This document shows, one piece after another, positions 40,961-57,390 of a stretch of DNA of 64,000 nt (position 1 is its first letter; each line of letters starts with the position of its first letter). Below the pieces are notes generated by a model. The model had not been told where the DNA came from and searched no databases. It saw only the letters and a program-made list of their open reading frames with translations. Where the stretch lies: contig OZ024755.1 in assembly GCA_964016885.1 (NCBI GenBank), positions 42,160,001 to 42,224,000 of the forward strand, read 5' to 3'. This DNA is from Eledone cirrhosa. Taxonomy: Eukaryota. The position numbers and the translations under genes were made by a program.

Positions 40961-41251
40961 GGTAAACCACCTTTGCATGCTTAGTCTTGTAACTCTTGAG
41001 GTGGTCGCAGGGTCGCTGTATTCCCATACGGTGTTACCAGGGTATTTTAAAACCTCCTGACATATCCACCAAAATATTATTGTCCTTGTGCTTCAATTAG
41101 AAACCGCCGTTATTAAAAAGAGAGACAGAGAGGAAGAATATAAAAGATTCAGCCATTACAGCTATTACTTACCTGAGATTGACAGGTGACCAATATTTTA
41201 ACGACTGTATTGATTTGGTAGTTGACAGGTTCTGAGGTCGTTTAGTTGTCT

Positions 41252-42060
41252 GGCACTACTACCTTTGTCACTACCACTACAACTATCACCACTGCCACCA
41301 CCACTACAACTACCACCACTACAACTATCACCACTGCCACCCCACTACCACTACGACTACCACCACTACAATTATCACCACTGCCACCCCACTACCACTA
41401 CGACTACCGCTACTACAACTATCACCACTGCCACTCTACTACCACTACCACTACGACTACCACCACTACAACTATCACCACTGCCACCACTACCACTACC
41501 ACCACTACTACCGCTACTACAACTGTCACCACTGCCACCCCACTACCACTACCACTACAACTATCACCACTGCCACCACTACCACCTCTACTACCGCTAC
41601 TACAACTATCACCACAGCCACCATCACCACCATCACACCTACCACCACTACTCCCACCACCATCATCACCACCATCACCACTACCACCTCTACAACCATC
41701 ACCACCACCAGCACCACTTCGACCACCGCCACCACCACCACCACATATAATATGTGATGACTAAATATGGAAGTCTGATATTGAGTGTTTGGGTCGATTA
41801 TGTTGATGGTGGTGATGGTGGGGTGGGGTGGGGTGGGTGTGATGGGGGAGGCGTTGGTGGTGCTGATGGTGGTGATGGTGGTGGTGGTGTGGGGTTGTTG
41901 GTGGTGGAGATGGTGATGGTGGTGATGGTGATGGTGGTGGAGATGGTGACGGTTGGGGTATTGGTGGCGTGGGTTGTTGGTGGGGGTATTGGTGGTGATG
42001 GGGTGGTAGTGGTGCTGGTGGTGTATTGGTAGCAATAATTGCAAGTGGTGGGGGTGTGGG
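41252..42060. repeat. (ACC/ACT)n block followed by (GGT)n block
   Basis: Low complexity; poly-T/P/H/V pseudo-ORFs. Confidence 0.9.
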
Positions 42061-42144
42061 AGTGACAAACTGACACCAGGTTCATACAGGTATTTCTTCT
42101 TTTCACTAGAGTATTTTAATTCATTTCTAACATAGTGGTAGCAC

Positions 42145-42601
42145 ATGTGTGTCTGTGTGTGTATGTGTAAGTGTATAAGTGTGTATATGTGTGTGTGTAA
42201 GTGTGTGAGTGTGTATGTTTGTGTGTATGTATGTGTGAGTGTGTGAGTGTGTGTGTATGTGTGTGTGAGTGTGTGTATGTGTGTGAGTGTGTGTATGTGT
42301 GTATGTGTATGTGAGTGTGTGTATGTGTGTATGTGTATGTGAGTGTGTGTATGTGTATGTGTATGTGTGTATGTGTATGTGAGTGTGTGTATGTGTGTAT
42401 GTGTATGTGAGTGTGTTTATGAGTATGTGTGTGTGAGTGTGTGTATGTGTATGTGAGTGTGTGTATGTGTGTATGTGTATGTGTATGTGTGTATGTGTAT
42501 GTGAGTGTGTGTATGTGTGTATGTGTATGTGAGTGTGTGTATGTGTGTATGTGTGTGCGAGTGTGTTTATGTGAGTATGTGTGTGTGAGTGTGTGTATGT
42601 G
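42145..42601. repeat. (GT)n-derived microsatellite
   Basis: Direct reading. Confidence 0.95.
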
Positions 42602-42694
42602 ATATTCAGACTACTGTTTCTTGTCCAGAAATTCGGTCAGCATTTAATTTTATAAACTGAAGTATCGAAATGTAGAACCGTATTTTCACATTTA

Positions 42695-42765
<71 letters not shown>

Positions 42766-42770
<5 letters not shown>

Positions 42771-42978
42771 AACGAGTAGGACCCCGACGGCTGAGCTCAA
42801 GCCGTTTCGACGGCTAATTCTGGACTAAATGCATTTAGTCCAGAATTAGCCGTCGAAACGGCTTGATATCAGCCGTTGGGGTCCTATTCGTTCTTATTAC
42901 CCACTCTACTACCCTAAGTATTGAGTACTCTGGTGCGTTATGGTCCATCTGGTTCCTTACCACATTTCCTTCGTTATA
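42766..42978 (+). mobile_element. Pseudo-LTR fragment with fold-back
   Basis: Palindrome centred on ggactaaatgcatttagtcc. Confidence 0.75.
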
Positions 42979-42981
42979 TAC

Positions 42982-43013
<32 letters not shown>

Positions 43014-43070
43014 CATATACACATACATATATATATACATATATATATATATAAGTTTTAATATAGATGA

Positions 43071-43119
43071 GATTCTACAGGACTAGAACTGTTTCATTCG
43101 TTAGAAATCATCAGGAATC
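43071..43119 (-). ncRNA. Hammerhead ribozyme
   Basis: Reverse complement: gattc CTGATGA tttc-taac-gaat GAAA cag-ttctagtc-ctg TA gaatc; 3' half also at 6917-6950 (+). Confidence 0.8.
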
Positions 43120-43709
43120 TGGGTATCAAAAAATAAATATGGTATTTATAGGTCTCTACAAGTGGTAGGAGAGGGTGGGGAGTGGGATGGGTGCAGGTCA
43201 TTGGTTGATAGAAAAGGGAATTCATTAAAAGCTAATTCTACAAAGCTATAGTTTATTTTTATTTATTTATGTTTTTAGAGTAACAAGGGCAGACAGAATT
43301 CTATAAACAGGTTCCGGATGGCATACCATTCCTTGTCATTAAGTTTCTCTTAAGCTAACAGGTGTCTATAAAATCAGTGGGGGGTCAGTCATGGTCGATA
43401 GGATTAAAGAAAAGGGAGATTCTTTAAAAGCTAAAATCATTAAGGTTCTACTAAGTGACAAAGGTCTAGAGAATTCTGCAAACAGATTCAAAATACTGAG
43501 TGCATATCTTAATATTATCTTCGAACTTCTCTTAAACTAATCAACTATATGCCAAAAATCAACAGACACATTCACAAAAAAACAAAAAAACACATACTCA
43601 CTCACACACTTACGCGCAACCATAAACACACACACAAACACATATACACACATAAAAACACACACACATATATAAAAATATATTCATGTACACACACATA
43701 CATACACAC

Positions 43710-43780
<71 letters not shown>

Positions 43781-43977
43781 TATATACACATATATACACA
43801 CACATATATATATATATACACACATACACACACACATACACATACATACACACACACACACATATATACACAAATAAATACACTCACACGCATGCATACA
43901 AACACAAATATACATGTGTATACATATACACACAAATACATATAGACATATATACATACACATACACAGACACATAT

Positions 43978-44050
<73 letters not shown>

Positions 44051-44179
44051 CACACATACATACATACACACAAATATATATACACACACATACGTATACA
44101 TATATATACATATACATACATATACACACATATATACATACATATATATATATATACACACACATACATGCACACACAC

Positions 44180-44225
<46 letters not shown>

Positions 44226-44234
44226 GTGTATATG

Positions 44235-44332
<98 letters not shown>

Positions 44333-44375
44333 CACATACATATATATATACATATATATATATATATACACATAC

Positions 44376-44435
<60 letters not shown>

Positions 44436-44469
44436 ACATATATATATATATATATATATAAATATATAC

Positions 44470-44615
<146 letters not shown>

Positions 44616-44667
44616 GAGAGACGTAAAATAAGAAAATTATAAAATTAACTTACTTACTAAAATATCA

Positions 44668-44747
44668 CTTCCAACTAATTAGTTTCTGAAATGGAATAAA
44701 TATACTTTCCGAAGAAAGGATGGAGAATCATTTCGTCGTCAGGGAAG
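44668..44747 (-). ncRNA. Hammerhead ribozyme with long stem II
   Basis: Reverse complement: cttcc CTGACGA cgaaatg...catttca GAAA cta-at-tag TT ggaag. Confidence 0.75.
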
Positions 44748-45066
44748 ACTATTCTCAGTTAAGTATCCAGCCAAAGCATGGACTCTGGAAACTTATTCAA
44801 AAATAATTCAGTGGATAGAAAATAGCAAAGCGTGGACTGAATTCCTAGCCATTGAAAAAATCACTGCCTCTGCGTCGGTGGCAAATTCAAAAAGAATCAA
44901 TCACGTGACATCGAGGTCAATCAGTGGAAAGTGGTTTGCTAATAAGACAGCGGCCTACCTGCTACCATTGGCCAATATTGCTCGACAAATAATTTGGAGA
45001 TAATTATAAAGAATTAATATCTAGTAACATATACATATATAAACATATATATACATATATATATAC

Positions 45067-46999
<1,933 letters not shown>

Positions 47000-47000
47000 G

Positions 47001-47158
<158 letters not shown>

Positions 47159-47161
47159 TAC

Positions 47162-47194
<33 letters not shown>

Positions 47195-47339
47195 CACATA
47201 CATATATATATACATATATATAGTAAGAATATTTACGAAACAGCGAGTGGGTTTGAAATTAGTATAAATGTAAGCTATCGCCATATTTTGACTAAAGAAA
47301 TTAAAGAAATTATTTACCAACCATCTGGCAGGAAGTTAT

Positions 47340-47382
47340 ACGATGCTGACGATAGCTAATAAGCTTGAAACTAGTACATCGT
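47340..47382 (+). ncRNA. Hammerhead ribozyme
   Basis: acgatg CTGACGA tagct-aata-agctt GAAA c-ta-g TA catcgt. Confidence 0.8.
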
Positions 47383-47904
47383 TCCTGTGTCAGTGTTGAA
47401 CAAAAAGGTGACGTGGTTGCCTAAACGCTGTACGGCATAATTCGGGCTGTTTGTTTACAAACAAACCGAGCATTATAATAAATGTTCGGTAAACGGATAC
47501 GTGCATATATATATATGTGTCCATGTATGTATATATATACATACTACTGTACGTCTGTATACATATATGTATGTACGTATACATACATACATACTTACAT
47601 TTAAGTAACTGCCGTACTAAGAGTGAGAAATGAAATTTCGTTTCATTCTATTTCATATATATATATATATAAGTATTGAAGTTTCCGTTGAAAATTGAAA
47701 AAGTCATAGGAGTGAAGAGTGCTCTATGTAAGTACCAGAGCAAAATTTAATGTATAATAAACAATACAATATAATTACCTCATTACCAGAGGTTTCCCGA
47801 ATCAGACGAATACGAAAGAAACGTCCTCATTCGTTCGTCGGACAAGGCAATATAAAACATAGTGAAATATTTGGAAAGTCTCCTCAAGAAATGCAAAAAT
47901 ATCT

Positions 47905-49751
47905 AATGATATTTCAATATTCAAATCTTCTAAAAATAAGTTCATTTTCTCCGACAAAACTAAAAACCTATACGAAGTTAATAATAATTTACACGACCAA
48001 CTATTAATAGATAACATCACCTCTAAATACCAAATAGCTAATATAAACACGTATCATAATATAAATAAGGAAGTTAAAGAATTAGCTGTTTCTTTAAAAA
48101 TAGATAATAGGACAGAAAAACTTGCTAAACGTAATGCATATATCACCCTTAAAGATCACAAACCTGACTTTATTAATCGTCCTAGTTGTAGATTAATCAA
48201 CCCTGCTAAGACTGATATCGGTCTTTCCAGCAAAAAAATTTTAAATAATATAAACACACACATTAGAAGTAAGTCTAAATTACTCCAATGGATAAATAGC
48301 TCTTCCGTAGTACATTGGTTTAATAAAATTAAAGATAAAAATAGTTCTAGATTCACCCAATTTGACATTGTAGATTTCTACCCATCTATCACTCAGACTC
48401 TTTTAACGAAAGCTTTAAATTTCGCTAGAAAGTTTACCAATATCTCTGATATTGAAGAGAATGTCATCTTGCACGCTAGAAACACTCTACTCTTTACTGA
48501 TAATGACACTTGGGTAAAAATATCTAACCCAGAGAGCCCATTCGATGTCTCAATGGGCTCTTTTGATAGTGCTGATGTTTGTGATTTAGTCGGCCTGTTC
48601 CTCCTACACACACTTAAAGAAAAATTCCCTAACCATATTTTGGGGCTTTATCGCGACGATGGTCTAATACTTTCCCATACCACCATAGGCCATAACTTAG
48701 ATAGATTAAGGAAAGACTTAATAAAAACCTTTGCTAGTTTTAATCTTAAAATTACTATTGACACTAACCTTTCCAATGTTAATTTCCTAGATATAAACCT
48801 AGATTTGCCTACTGCTTCTTATAAACCATACCATAAACCTAATGAAAATTTAAAATATATAAATAAAGGCTCTTGCCATCCTCCTATAGTTTTTAAAAAC
48901 CTTATCCCTAATATTAGCCGTAGGATCTCCACCCTCTCTCCCTCAGAAGCTATTTTCAATAAGGCATCCCCCTACTATAATAAAGCCCTCCAAAATAGCG
49001 GATTTAGCGAACCGATTAAGTACATACGCAACTATACTAACTCTTTTAAACATAAAAATAGGAAAAGAAAAATAATCTGGTTCACACCCCCTACTCTCTA
49101 GCAGTTAAAACTAATGTAGGCAAAACATTTCTAGAGCTCTTAGATAAACATTTCCCTAGAACACATAGATACTATAAGATCTTCAATAGAAACTGTGTCA
49201 AAATTAGCTACTCCTGCGGTCCCCCTATTAAATCTTATATCATCAACAAAAAATCACCTAGAGAACATCAAAATTGCTCCCGTAGAGTCAAAAGTGAATG
49301 CCCATTACAGGGTAAATGCAACACCAAAGCCATTGTATATGCGGCTAAAGTGACAACCATCAGCAACAACCAACCAGCCACCAGTGAACGATATGTGGGT
49401 ATGACACAAGACAAATTCAAAACGCGTTATTACTCACATGTCGCATCCTTCCGACATCCAGAAAAAAGATTCACAACAGCTCTGGCTAGCAGAATATGGG
49501 ATTTGAAAGACCAAGGTATCCAATATAAATTGGATTGGTCAATTTTGAACCAATCTAAAGAATATGCAAGAGGAACAAGAAAATGCCCACTCTGCATAAA
49601 TGAAAAATATTGGATTTTACAAAACCTTAAATCACCAAAAACCTGCCTAAATACAAAGACAGAAATTTTCACCAGTTGCCCACACATGAAATCACACTTG
49701 CTTTCCAGCTCATATAAACTTAATTCACTTTCAGATACTTATCCTCCATAA
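47905..49751 (+). pseudogene. Penelope RT + GIY-YIG, 5'-truncated, 1-bp frameshift near 49090
   Basis: AYITLKDHKPDF, CRLINPAK, QFDIVDFYPSI, MGSFDSADVCDLVG, GLYRDDGL, WFTPP/YS, ECPLQGKC, IVY..YVG, CPLC. Confidence 0.9.
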
Positions 49752-50404
49752 GCTCTTATTCTTCACTTAAATTATTCTCTTTAAAGACTACTCTTTCTGA
49801 TTTACTTTCATTTTTATTTTTATTTTTATTTTTATTTTTATTTTTATTTTTATTTTTATTTTTATTTTTATTTTTATTTTTATTTTTATTTTTATTTTTA
49901 TTTTTATTTTTATTTTTATTTTTATTTTTATTTTTATTTTTATTTTTACTTCACATCAACCAGTAACCCCCCCCCCTTTATTGTTCGATTCACTTACCTA
50001 ATATCTTCACATTCCACATTTTACTTCCCTATTTTTTTTACTACCTGATTAGAGAGTTCACTTGCGTTTTCCACTCCAGATATTTTCTGTTATTTCGCAG
50101 CCAATTTTATATTTTTATATTGGTACTAATTTATTCATAAGGCTGCTTTATACTATGTATCTATGTGTCTGAGCGTCTTTATGTGTGTATACCTTCTGTA
50201 TATGTACACGAACGCCTCCGTATGTGCGCGTGCGTGCGTGTATATATATGTGTATGTATGTGTGTTTTTTATATCTGTGTTTTTACATCTATGTTTTTTA
50301 CATTCTTATTTTTATGTGTGTGCGTGTAAGCGGGTCAATGTACGTGAATATGTATGTGTGTATGTGTGTATATATGTATTGTATGTATGGGTGTGTATGT
50401 GTGC

Positions 50405-50443
<39 letters not shown>

Positions 50444-51404
50444 CAGTCGCGTACGTACGTGTGATTAGATATACATGGGGCGATATGTATGTATATATAT
50501 ATATGTGCATCCTGTGTATGTATGTAATGCATGCTACGCTTTTGTCTGTACGTATTGCGTGTATATATTTTTTTTATAGATATATGTTTTTTATAGATAT
50601 ATGTGTATGTATGCGTGTACCTTGTTTGTTTTCTTTTCTTTTCTTTTTTTTCTTTTCTTTTCTTTTCTTTTCTTTTCTTTTCTTTTCTTTTCTTTTCTTT
50701 TCTTTTCTTTTCTTTTCTTTTCTTTTCTGTTCTTTTCTTTTCTTTTCTTTTCTTTTATTTTATTTTATTTTATTTTCTTTTCTTTTATTTTATTTTATTT
50801 TATTTTATTTTATTTTATTTTCTTTTCTTTTCTTTTCTTTTCTTTTCTTTTCTTTTCTTTTCTTTTCTTTTCTTTTCTTTTCTTTTCTCTAGTGTTAATT
50901 GACTACTTTCTCTTTCATTTAAAAATGTTTTCTTTCTCATATATTGTTTCATTTTTATACATATATCGAGAATGACACTTTCTTTTAACTATTACACTCC
51001 CTTCCCTCTTTATCTTCCGCATATAAATGATCGCGCGTGTGTGTGTGTTTATACGCGTGCTTTCATACTCACATGTGTATCTAATACCTGTTTCTGGATA
51101 CGTGTCAACTAGATTATCATTTTCTTTTTCAACTCATATTATATCCGTATTTGTGGTTACATATGCACAAATATACTTGCCCTCATATATGTACTTACGC
51201 ACACATTTTCACCATACACACGCATTTGTACATACATACATATGTACATTTGTGAGTGTATATACATACATATACACGCACCTAACTATATTTCCTTATA
51301 TTTTTTATATATTTTATATATCTATTGCATTACTTTTATTTATATATATATAATTTTTTTTGAATTTCTTGAGGAGACTTTCCAAATATTTCACTATGTT
51401 TTAT

Positions 51405-51483
51405 ATTGCCTTGTCCGACGAACGAATGGGGACGTTTCTTTCGTATTCGTCTTATTCGGGAAACCTCTGGTAATAAGGTAATT
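51405..51483 (+). ncRNA. Hammerhead-like motif, CCGACGA (U4C) core; mirror copy 47774-47851
   Basis: attgccttgt CCGACGA acgaatggggacg...cgtcttattcgg GAAA cc-tct-gg TA ataaggtaat. Confidence 0.7.
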
Positions 51484-51504
51484 ATATTGTATTGTTTATT
51501 ATAC

Positions 51505-51545
<41 letters not shown>

Positions 51546-51562
51546 GATAAATGGAAACTATC

Positions 51563-51620
51563 TTTATTTACATATATTTCAAGGGTACCAACATTTTGGT
51601 ACGCTATCGTCAGATAAAAT
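51563..51620 (-). ncRNA. Hammerhead ribozyme in 3' pseudo-LTR
   Basis: Reverse complement: ttttat CTGACGA tagcgtaccaa-aatg-ttggtaccctt GAAA tatatg TA aataaag; same family as 8176, 59270, 62771. Confidence 0.7.
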
Positions 51621-53250
51621 ACAAAAGTTGGTTTACAGATAATGACATATCCACATATGAACTTAATGTTATGAGTTGTATGTAAATAGTGAATAAAACT
51701 TTGAAACTCAGGATAAATATGTTAATGATGATAACATTAACACTGGATGTTTAGACGCTAGATATATTTTAATAATTATCAGGACTATTATTTAAAAAGA
51801 AAAGAGAGGTTTGCTATTAAAGTTGAAGAAAAAAATTGAAGAAAACATTTAAACAAAAACATATTCATAGAAATATGCATATATAAGTGTCCGAACATAT
51901 TTACGTGGGTATAGAAAGAATGAAATAATTATATTTATTTTTATTTATTTAATTATATAATTAGGAAGTATTTAATTATATAATTTGGAAGTATCTAAGG
52001 TGAGAATTTTAAATTAATGTATTAAAATGAGAACTATTAATGTGAAAGATAGCTTATATTTATATATACTATTGGATGTATTTTACAGGTATGCTTTAAT
52101 ATTATGATGATTGCAATTGTAAGTATATTGTATTGTATTATAAGAGATTAATTGTATATTGTTATTAAAACATTTATTTAATATATTTAATATATAAATA
52201 GTTATGGTGAATATATATTATGTTTACTTAGTACATAAATCGTTATGCTTGAATATAGATTTTGTTTACTTATGAAAACAGTTAGGATATGCTGAGCAAA
52301 GATATATTTGCATTTTCTATATATAGCTTAAGAATATGGAAATGATTATATCTTTATATAGAAGATGTATAATATTATGTACAATCTATAGTTGTATCAG
52401 GATAGTAATATAAATTAAAAAATTTCAAATATTTTTATAAAGTTTGAATGTTTCGTAAAGGTTAAATGTAAACAAGTTTTTATCAAAGGAAAAGATAACT
52501 CTAATTATCATTAATTTAAGGAGTTTAAGTTATTTGAAGATATATAGTTAGATTTAGCTTTTAACCTAATAATTACTTACAAATTATATTATAATTACAG
52601 AATATGTAAAACTTTATATATGATTTCAGAGCATCATATACTAAATATGTTCAAGATATTAGTAAAAAGATAAAAACTTTCTATGTATAGATTTTTATGT
52701 ATAGATTTGATAATATTAAGTATTTGTATGCATTTAAAAACTTATAAAAACTTTTTAAAAAGCCTTTAAAAACACCTCTAAAAACAAGCGAAGACATATA
52801 TATTGTAACTGGGCAACATATAAAGGCAATATACAATATTTTCTATAAATTATAGATACTCTTAAAAGTCTTGGAGAATCTATGCAATTATATGAAAGAT
52901 TTCTTCAAAACAGAGATGACAAATTCTTGATAGAGCCATATTCTGGTATGCCGGCGCTTTCGACACCCTTCGCCAAGAGATCGAATAGTCAATATTGTTG
53001 TCTTTTAAGGACCAAATTAAATGTGATAGTGATGTTGAGAATTTTTTGTCCAATCTCTTAAATGTGTGTGTTATGATTATACCAACAGTCCTTAAATGTT
53101 GTAGAAGTAGTTCCTATATAGTTAAATAATTTATCTCTAGTTTTAATGATGCATTTGTATACTAAACTTGTATCTAGGCAATTGTTCTGTAAAGGGCAAG
53201 ATATTTTATTTCTGCAATTACATTTTCTAAAATTGCTGTTTAAAGAAACG

Positions 53251-53315
<65 letters not shown>

Positions 53316-53398
53316 GTTGTTATTCCTTGAATCTCAGTCATTGATGTTGGTTAACTGGAAAGTCCATTGGATTGAATATCAAGCCACTACCTGCAGCC

Positions 53399-54909
53399 TC
53401 AGATATTCAGGACGTATAGGAGGGTTCTTGCTGTTCCAAGCAAGCATGCCTTTTGAAGCGTTCCAAAAAGCGTGAAGGGGCCGATTTTCTTTAACCGTCC
53501 CTGGAAACTTTTGGAGATAGTCCCCAGTGCGCCTATGACAATCGGGATCACTTTGACTTCATGGCAGTTCCAGATCCTTTTCACCTCCCACTTTAGGTCC
53601 TGGTATCGGTTAATTTTCTCCCTCTCCTTCTCTTGCACTCTCGTGTCGAACGGGCAGGCCACATCCACAATCAGACACGATCTTTTTTCTTTGTCCACAA
53701 CCACCAGGTCAGGTCTATTGTGTTCCAGTTTTTTGTCCGTCTGTATCCTAAAATCCCACAGCACCTTCACCTGATTGTTCTCCATCACCGCCTCTGGCCT
53801 ATGCTCATACCATTTCTCAGAATGTGGTAAATTGTTTACTTTGCACAGGTGCCAGTGGATCACCCTGCCCATCACATCGTGTCTCCAGCCCTTATAGTGG
53901 GTCTGGGCTAGGTGTTTACACTCGGACACAATGTGAGCCACAGTCTCCTCTCTCTCTCCACAGATCCTGCACAGTGGGCTACCCTCCTCCTTGTAAATGT
54001 GGTGCTTCATAAACTTCGTTTTGAGGGCCTGCTCCTGCGCAGCCATTAGCATTCCTTCTGTAGCCTTTTTGAGGTCTCCTCTTCTCAACCAGTTCCATGT
54101 CTGTGGATCTCTAAATTCAGTTTTCTCAAAGAAGGTACTATGAAGGGATTTTCCCTTAAGGCTGCTCTTCCTCCTTGATGTTATTTCCTCCTTGGACATC
54201 CCCTGGCCTACTGTCCCCTCCTTCAGTACAGTTCTGAGCATTGGCTCCTTACTATAGGTCACGTATTTGTATAGGTTGTTTTTCTCCATCTGAACACAGT
54301 CCTCTATGCTGATAAGACCTCTTCCACCCTCAGATCTCCTTAGGTAGAGTCTATCGACATCACTCCTCTTGTGGAACATGTTGTAGATAGTCAATAGCTT
54401 CCTAGTCTTCCTATCCATTTCTTTTTGTTCAGCAACATTCCATCTCAGAATTCCCGCACTGTACCTAATAATAGACACAGCTCGGGAATTTACTGCGCTT
54501 ATGGCATTTCTGCTGTTCAGATGTGACTTCAATACGCTCCTTACTCTCCGAATGTATTCAGTTCTTAACAATTCCTTCATTTTTTTGTTCTTTATGCCAT
54601 CAGCCTCCAGAACGCCCAAATACTTGTATCCTTCCTCAGAGTCAATTTCCTTTATCATCTCACCTGTTGGTATCTGGATCCCGTTACTTCTGCTCAACCT
54701 ACCCCTCTTCATCACAATGACTCCACATTTACCAATACCAAACTGCATACATATATCACTGCTGAAAATACGGACAGTGTCAACAAGCACATCCAACTCC
54801 TTCTCACTTTTCCCGAAGAGCTTAAGATCGTCCATGAAGAGGAGGTGATTGATGGTAAGCTCTCCCCTTCCCAACTTGTATCCTGCTCTCACTTTTCGCA
54901 GCATAATGG

Positions 54910-54913
<4 letters not shown>
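53399..54913 (-). CDS. Dong/R4-clade LINE, 5'-truncated: RT C-terminus + CCHC + restriction-like endonuclease (element ~53320-54912)
   Basis: HLLFMDDLKL, YKYLGV, GGRGL, CRIC..ETVAHIVSEC, RHD, RPDLV..DV..P.D..EK..RYQDL; (TAA)n on both sides. Confidence 0.92.
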
Positions 54914-54947
<34 letters not shown>

Positions 54948-55433
54948 AAGAATGTTATTAGTTATATTGTTATTGCTATTCGGGTTCATTTGGGTTGAGT
55001 TTAATTTTAAATTCCGATTATCAATTCTATTAATATTTTGTGCTATATTAATAGTAGGAGAGTAAGAGAGTTTGATTGTATGTCTGTTAAAAATACAGTG
55101 GTATTTATGGGATTTAGGAAAACATTTATCTAAAGCCTTAAAAAATTGGTGTGCTAAAGGTGTCTTAATTCCTAAAGAGATTAGAGGAGAATACCAAATA
55201 ATATTTCTAGTTCTATTTTTTTTTTGTTTGATTTACTATTTAGCTTAATTCTTTTATTATTAATATTATAGTAATAGAGGTTGGTGTATACTATTCTTAT
55301 CTATGTAGTTAATTTTATTATTTTAACCAGCTCTGTGTAAAACATCGTTGTAATTTTCTGCTTTGTTATCAAATATATTTTTATTAGCTGAGAGTCTAGA
55401 TATTCTTTGCTGGACACTATTAACTATAGCTTT

Positions 55434-56177
55434 TTAAACATTTCTAGGGTGGTTAGAGTAGAAGCTTACGTAGTTCAGGTTTTCATTAATATTATGGAAA
55501 GGGTAATATAGGCCTGAGTTAAGGTTAAAAGTAACGTCTAAGAAATTAACAATTTTTTTGTCATTTTTAATTTTTAATTTAAGGGTGTAATTATTAAAAA
55601 ATTCTATGATAATTTTCTTTTTTCTGCTAAGTTCACTATTGTTATGTTTATCAACTACAAATAATGCATCATCGCGATATAAACCTCCACCAATCTCCGG
55701 CAGTTTTCTATGTAATGCACTAAGAATGAACATTCCAACCAAGTCTGTGACTTGAGCGGAGTCAGATGATCCCATTGTGATATCGAAATTGTTCTGTCTA
55801 TCAGCTCTAGTCCAGAGATCATTGTTGAATTCAATAAGAGTTTTACTTGTAGTTAAAATAATTTTTATTTCCTCGCTAGATAAGTCAGTATGTTTTGATG
55901 CGTAAACTAGTGTTTTATTAAGTAAGTTAGGGGTTATTGAAGAGTAGTAGTTAGCAATATCCATTTGTATAAATTGTATGTTATTTTTAGATTTGATGTC
56001 TACGAACCAATCTATCACTTCATTTGTACCGTTCCAAAGTTTAAGGTATGATTTATGCTTAAGTACTGGTATGATTCTATCTAGTATATTTTTACTAATT
56101 ATACCTAGATCTGATTTAGATGGTGCTATAAGTCTGACTGTTAGTTCTGCTTCAAAATTCTTTTCATGGTATTTCAT
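55434..56177 (-). pseudogene. Penelope RT fragment
   Basis: RLIAPSKSDLG, FIQMDIANYYSSI, MGSSDSAQVTDLVG, GLYRDDAL, VNFLDV. Confidence 0.88.
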
Positions 56178-56959
56178 AATTGTCTTCGGTTGCCTTGGTA
56201 TTAAGGGTTCGGTCGATACCTAATTTGTAAATAATTTCACAAGCTTCTTTGTTTAAGATTGATAGATCCTCTTTAGAGGTTTTTTTTTTTATAATTCCTT
56301 CTAAGTTCTTTCAGTATTAAATTATTGTAGTCTTCCTTTTCAATTCCATATAAGTTGTTAGTTTTGTCAGATTTTACGAGGATCTTATTTGTTTTTTCAA
56401 GTTATTCATTTTATTTTTGAGCGCTTTGGGTTATTCCTGGCCTTTGTATTGTTTTGTTTTTTTGTGTTTTTTTAATATTATACTTATTAGTTCATTTTCG
56501 AACTCAGCTAATTGTTATATATATATATATATATAAAATTGTTATATATATATGTATACTTGTTTTCTTCTTCTAGCCCATGGGCCGTCGTCAGTACCAG
56601 TAATGCACTGGGTATTTGCTAGCCTTGTGCCTAAAGTAGAAACAATTATTTAACGTCCGTTTCCCTTGCTATTATGGGTTGGACAGGTCGTCAGTACCCA
56701 GCTGAAGAACGCTATGTCTGGACATACAAATAGAATATAACGAATGAGGGGAAATCTTTAATCAACTGTGACTATCATTACAATTTCAATGATGTGTATC
56801 CATTTATAGGTTTTTCAGATCACGAGAAGGATGTAAGGGAGATAACTCCTAAAATTTTAGTCTAGCCAAAATGTTGCGAAACATTTTTAGATAATGTAGT
56901 TGTAGTATGAGTTCTCTCCCTTAATGATTCTGTGTAATTTCGATATCTACAGGGTCACT

Positions 56960-57390
56960 CTTGGGTGCTACTAGTAACATGTAACTCAGTACAACCTGTT
57001 CCATGGTCGGATCGTCGGCGACTAAATCGGCAACCCTACCAGGCTTGCTTGGTAAGGAGGGTGATTATTCTACATCCTACAGGACAAAAAACAAAACCTG
57101 TTAAAGGGCGAAGGAACTCGTGTGAGTCAACGGCCATCCATTAGCATATATGTACATGTGGGTTGCAGTCAGGTCAGGTTGTTTTGGTTTCCCTGGATTG
57201 TCCTGCTACTGACTACCATGTAACACTGCCACATTGGGCCAGATGGAGGATATTAACCTTGGTAGGTAGTCCTTCTAGGAGAAGGACAACTCTGAATCCA
57301 ATCCTCCGTTGCCTTGCGGTGATATCCAGTCATGGGAAGACTTCAGGAGTAAACCTTGTGGAAAAATCCGGAGTCAGAGACCCTAAGGCA
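56960..57390 (+). mobile_element. Probable RTE-clade LINE 5' UTR fragment
   Basis: Homologous to 9370-9540 in reverse. Confidence 0.55.

Larger units (their letters stand above)
47749..51507 (+). mobile_element. Penelope-like retroelement (Naiad-type) with inverted 5' pseudo-LTR
   Basis: 47749-47897 is the reverse complement of ~51355-51507; RT plus GIY-YIG; microsatellite-rich 3' UTR. Confidence 0.9.
51540..56510 (-). mobile_element. Decayed Penelope-like (Naiad-type) element, interrupted by Dong
   Basis: RT at 55434-56177 (GLYRDDAL); EN read by hand at ~53230-52900 (KCNCRNKISCPLQNNC..LVY..NYIG); HHR pseudo-LTR at 51563. Confidence 0.85.

Noticed and set aside
41246-42146. Mucin-like or His/Pro-rich proteins
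   Set aside because: Trinucleotide low complexity with no splice or domain support.
53325-53345. Shared caatgactga between the Dong 3' UTR and the SINE tail at 2057-2066
   Set aside because: A 10-bp match is too short to claim a SINE-LINE partnership.
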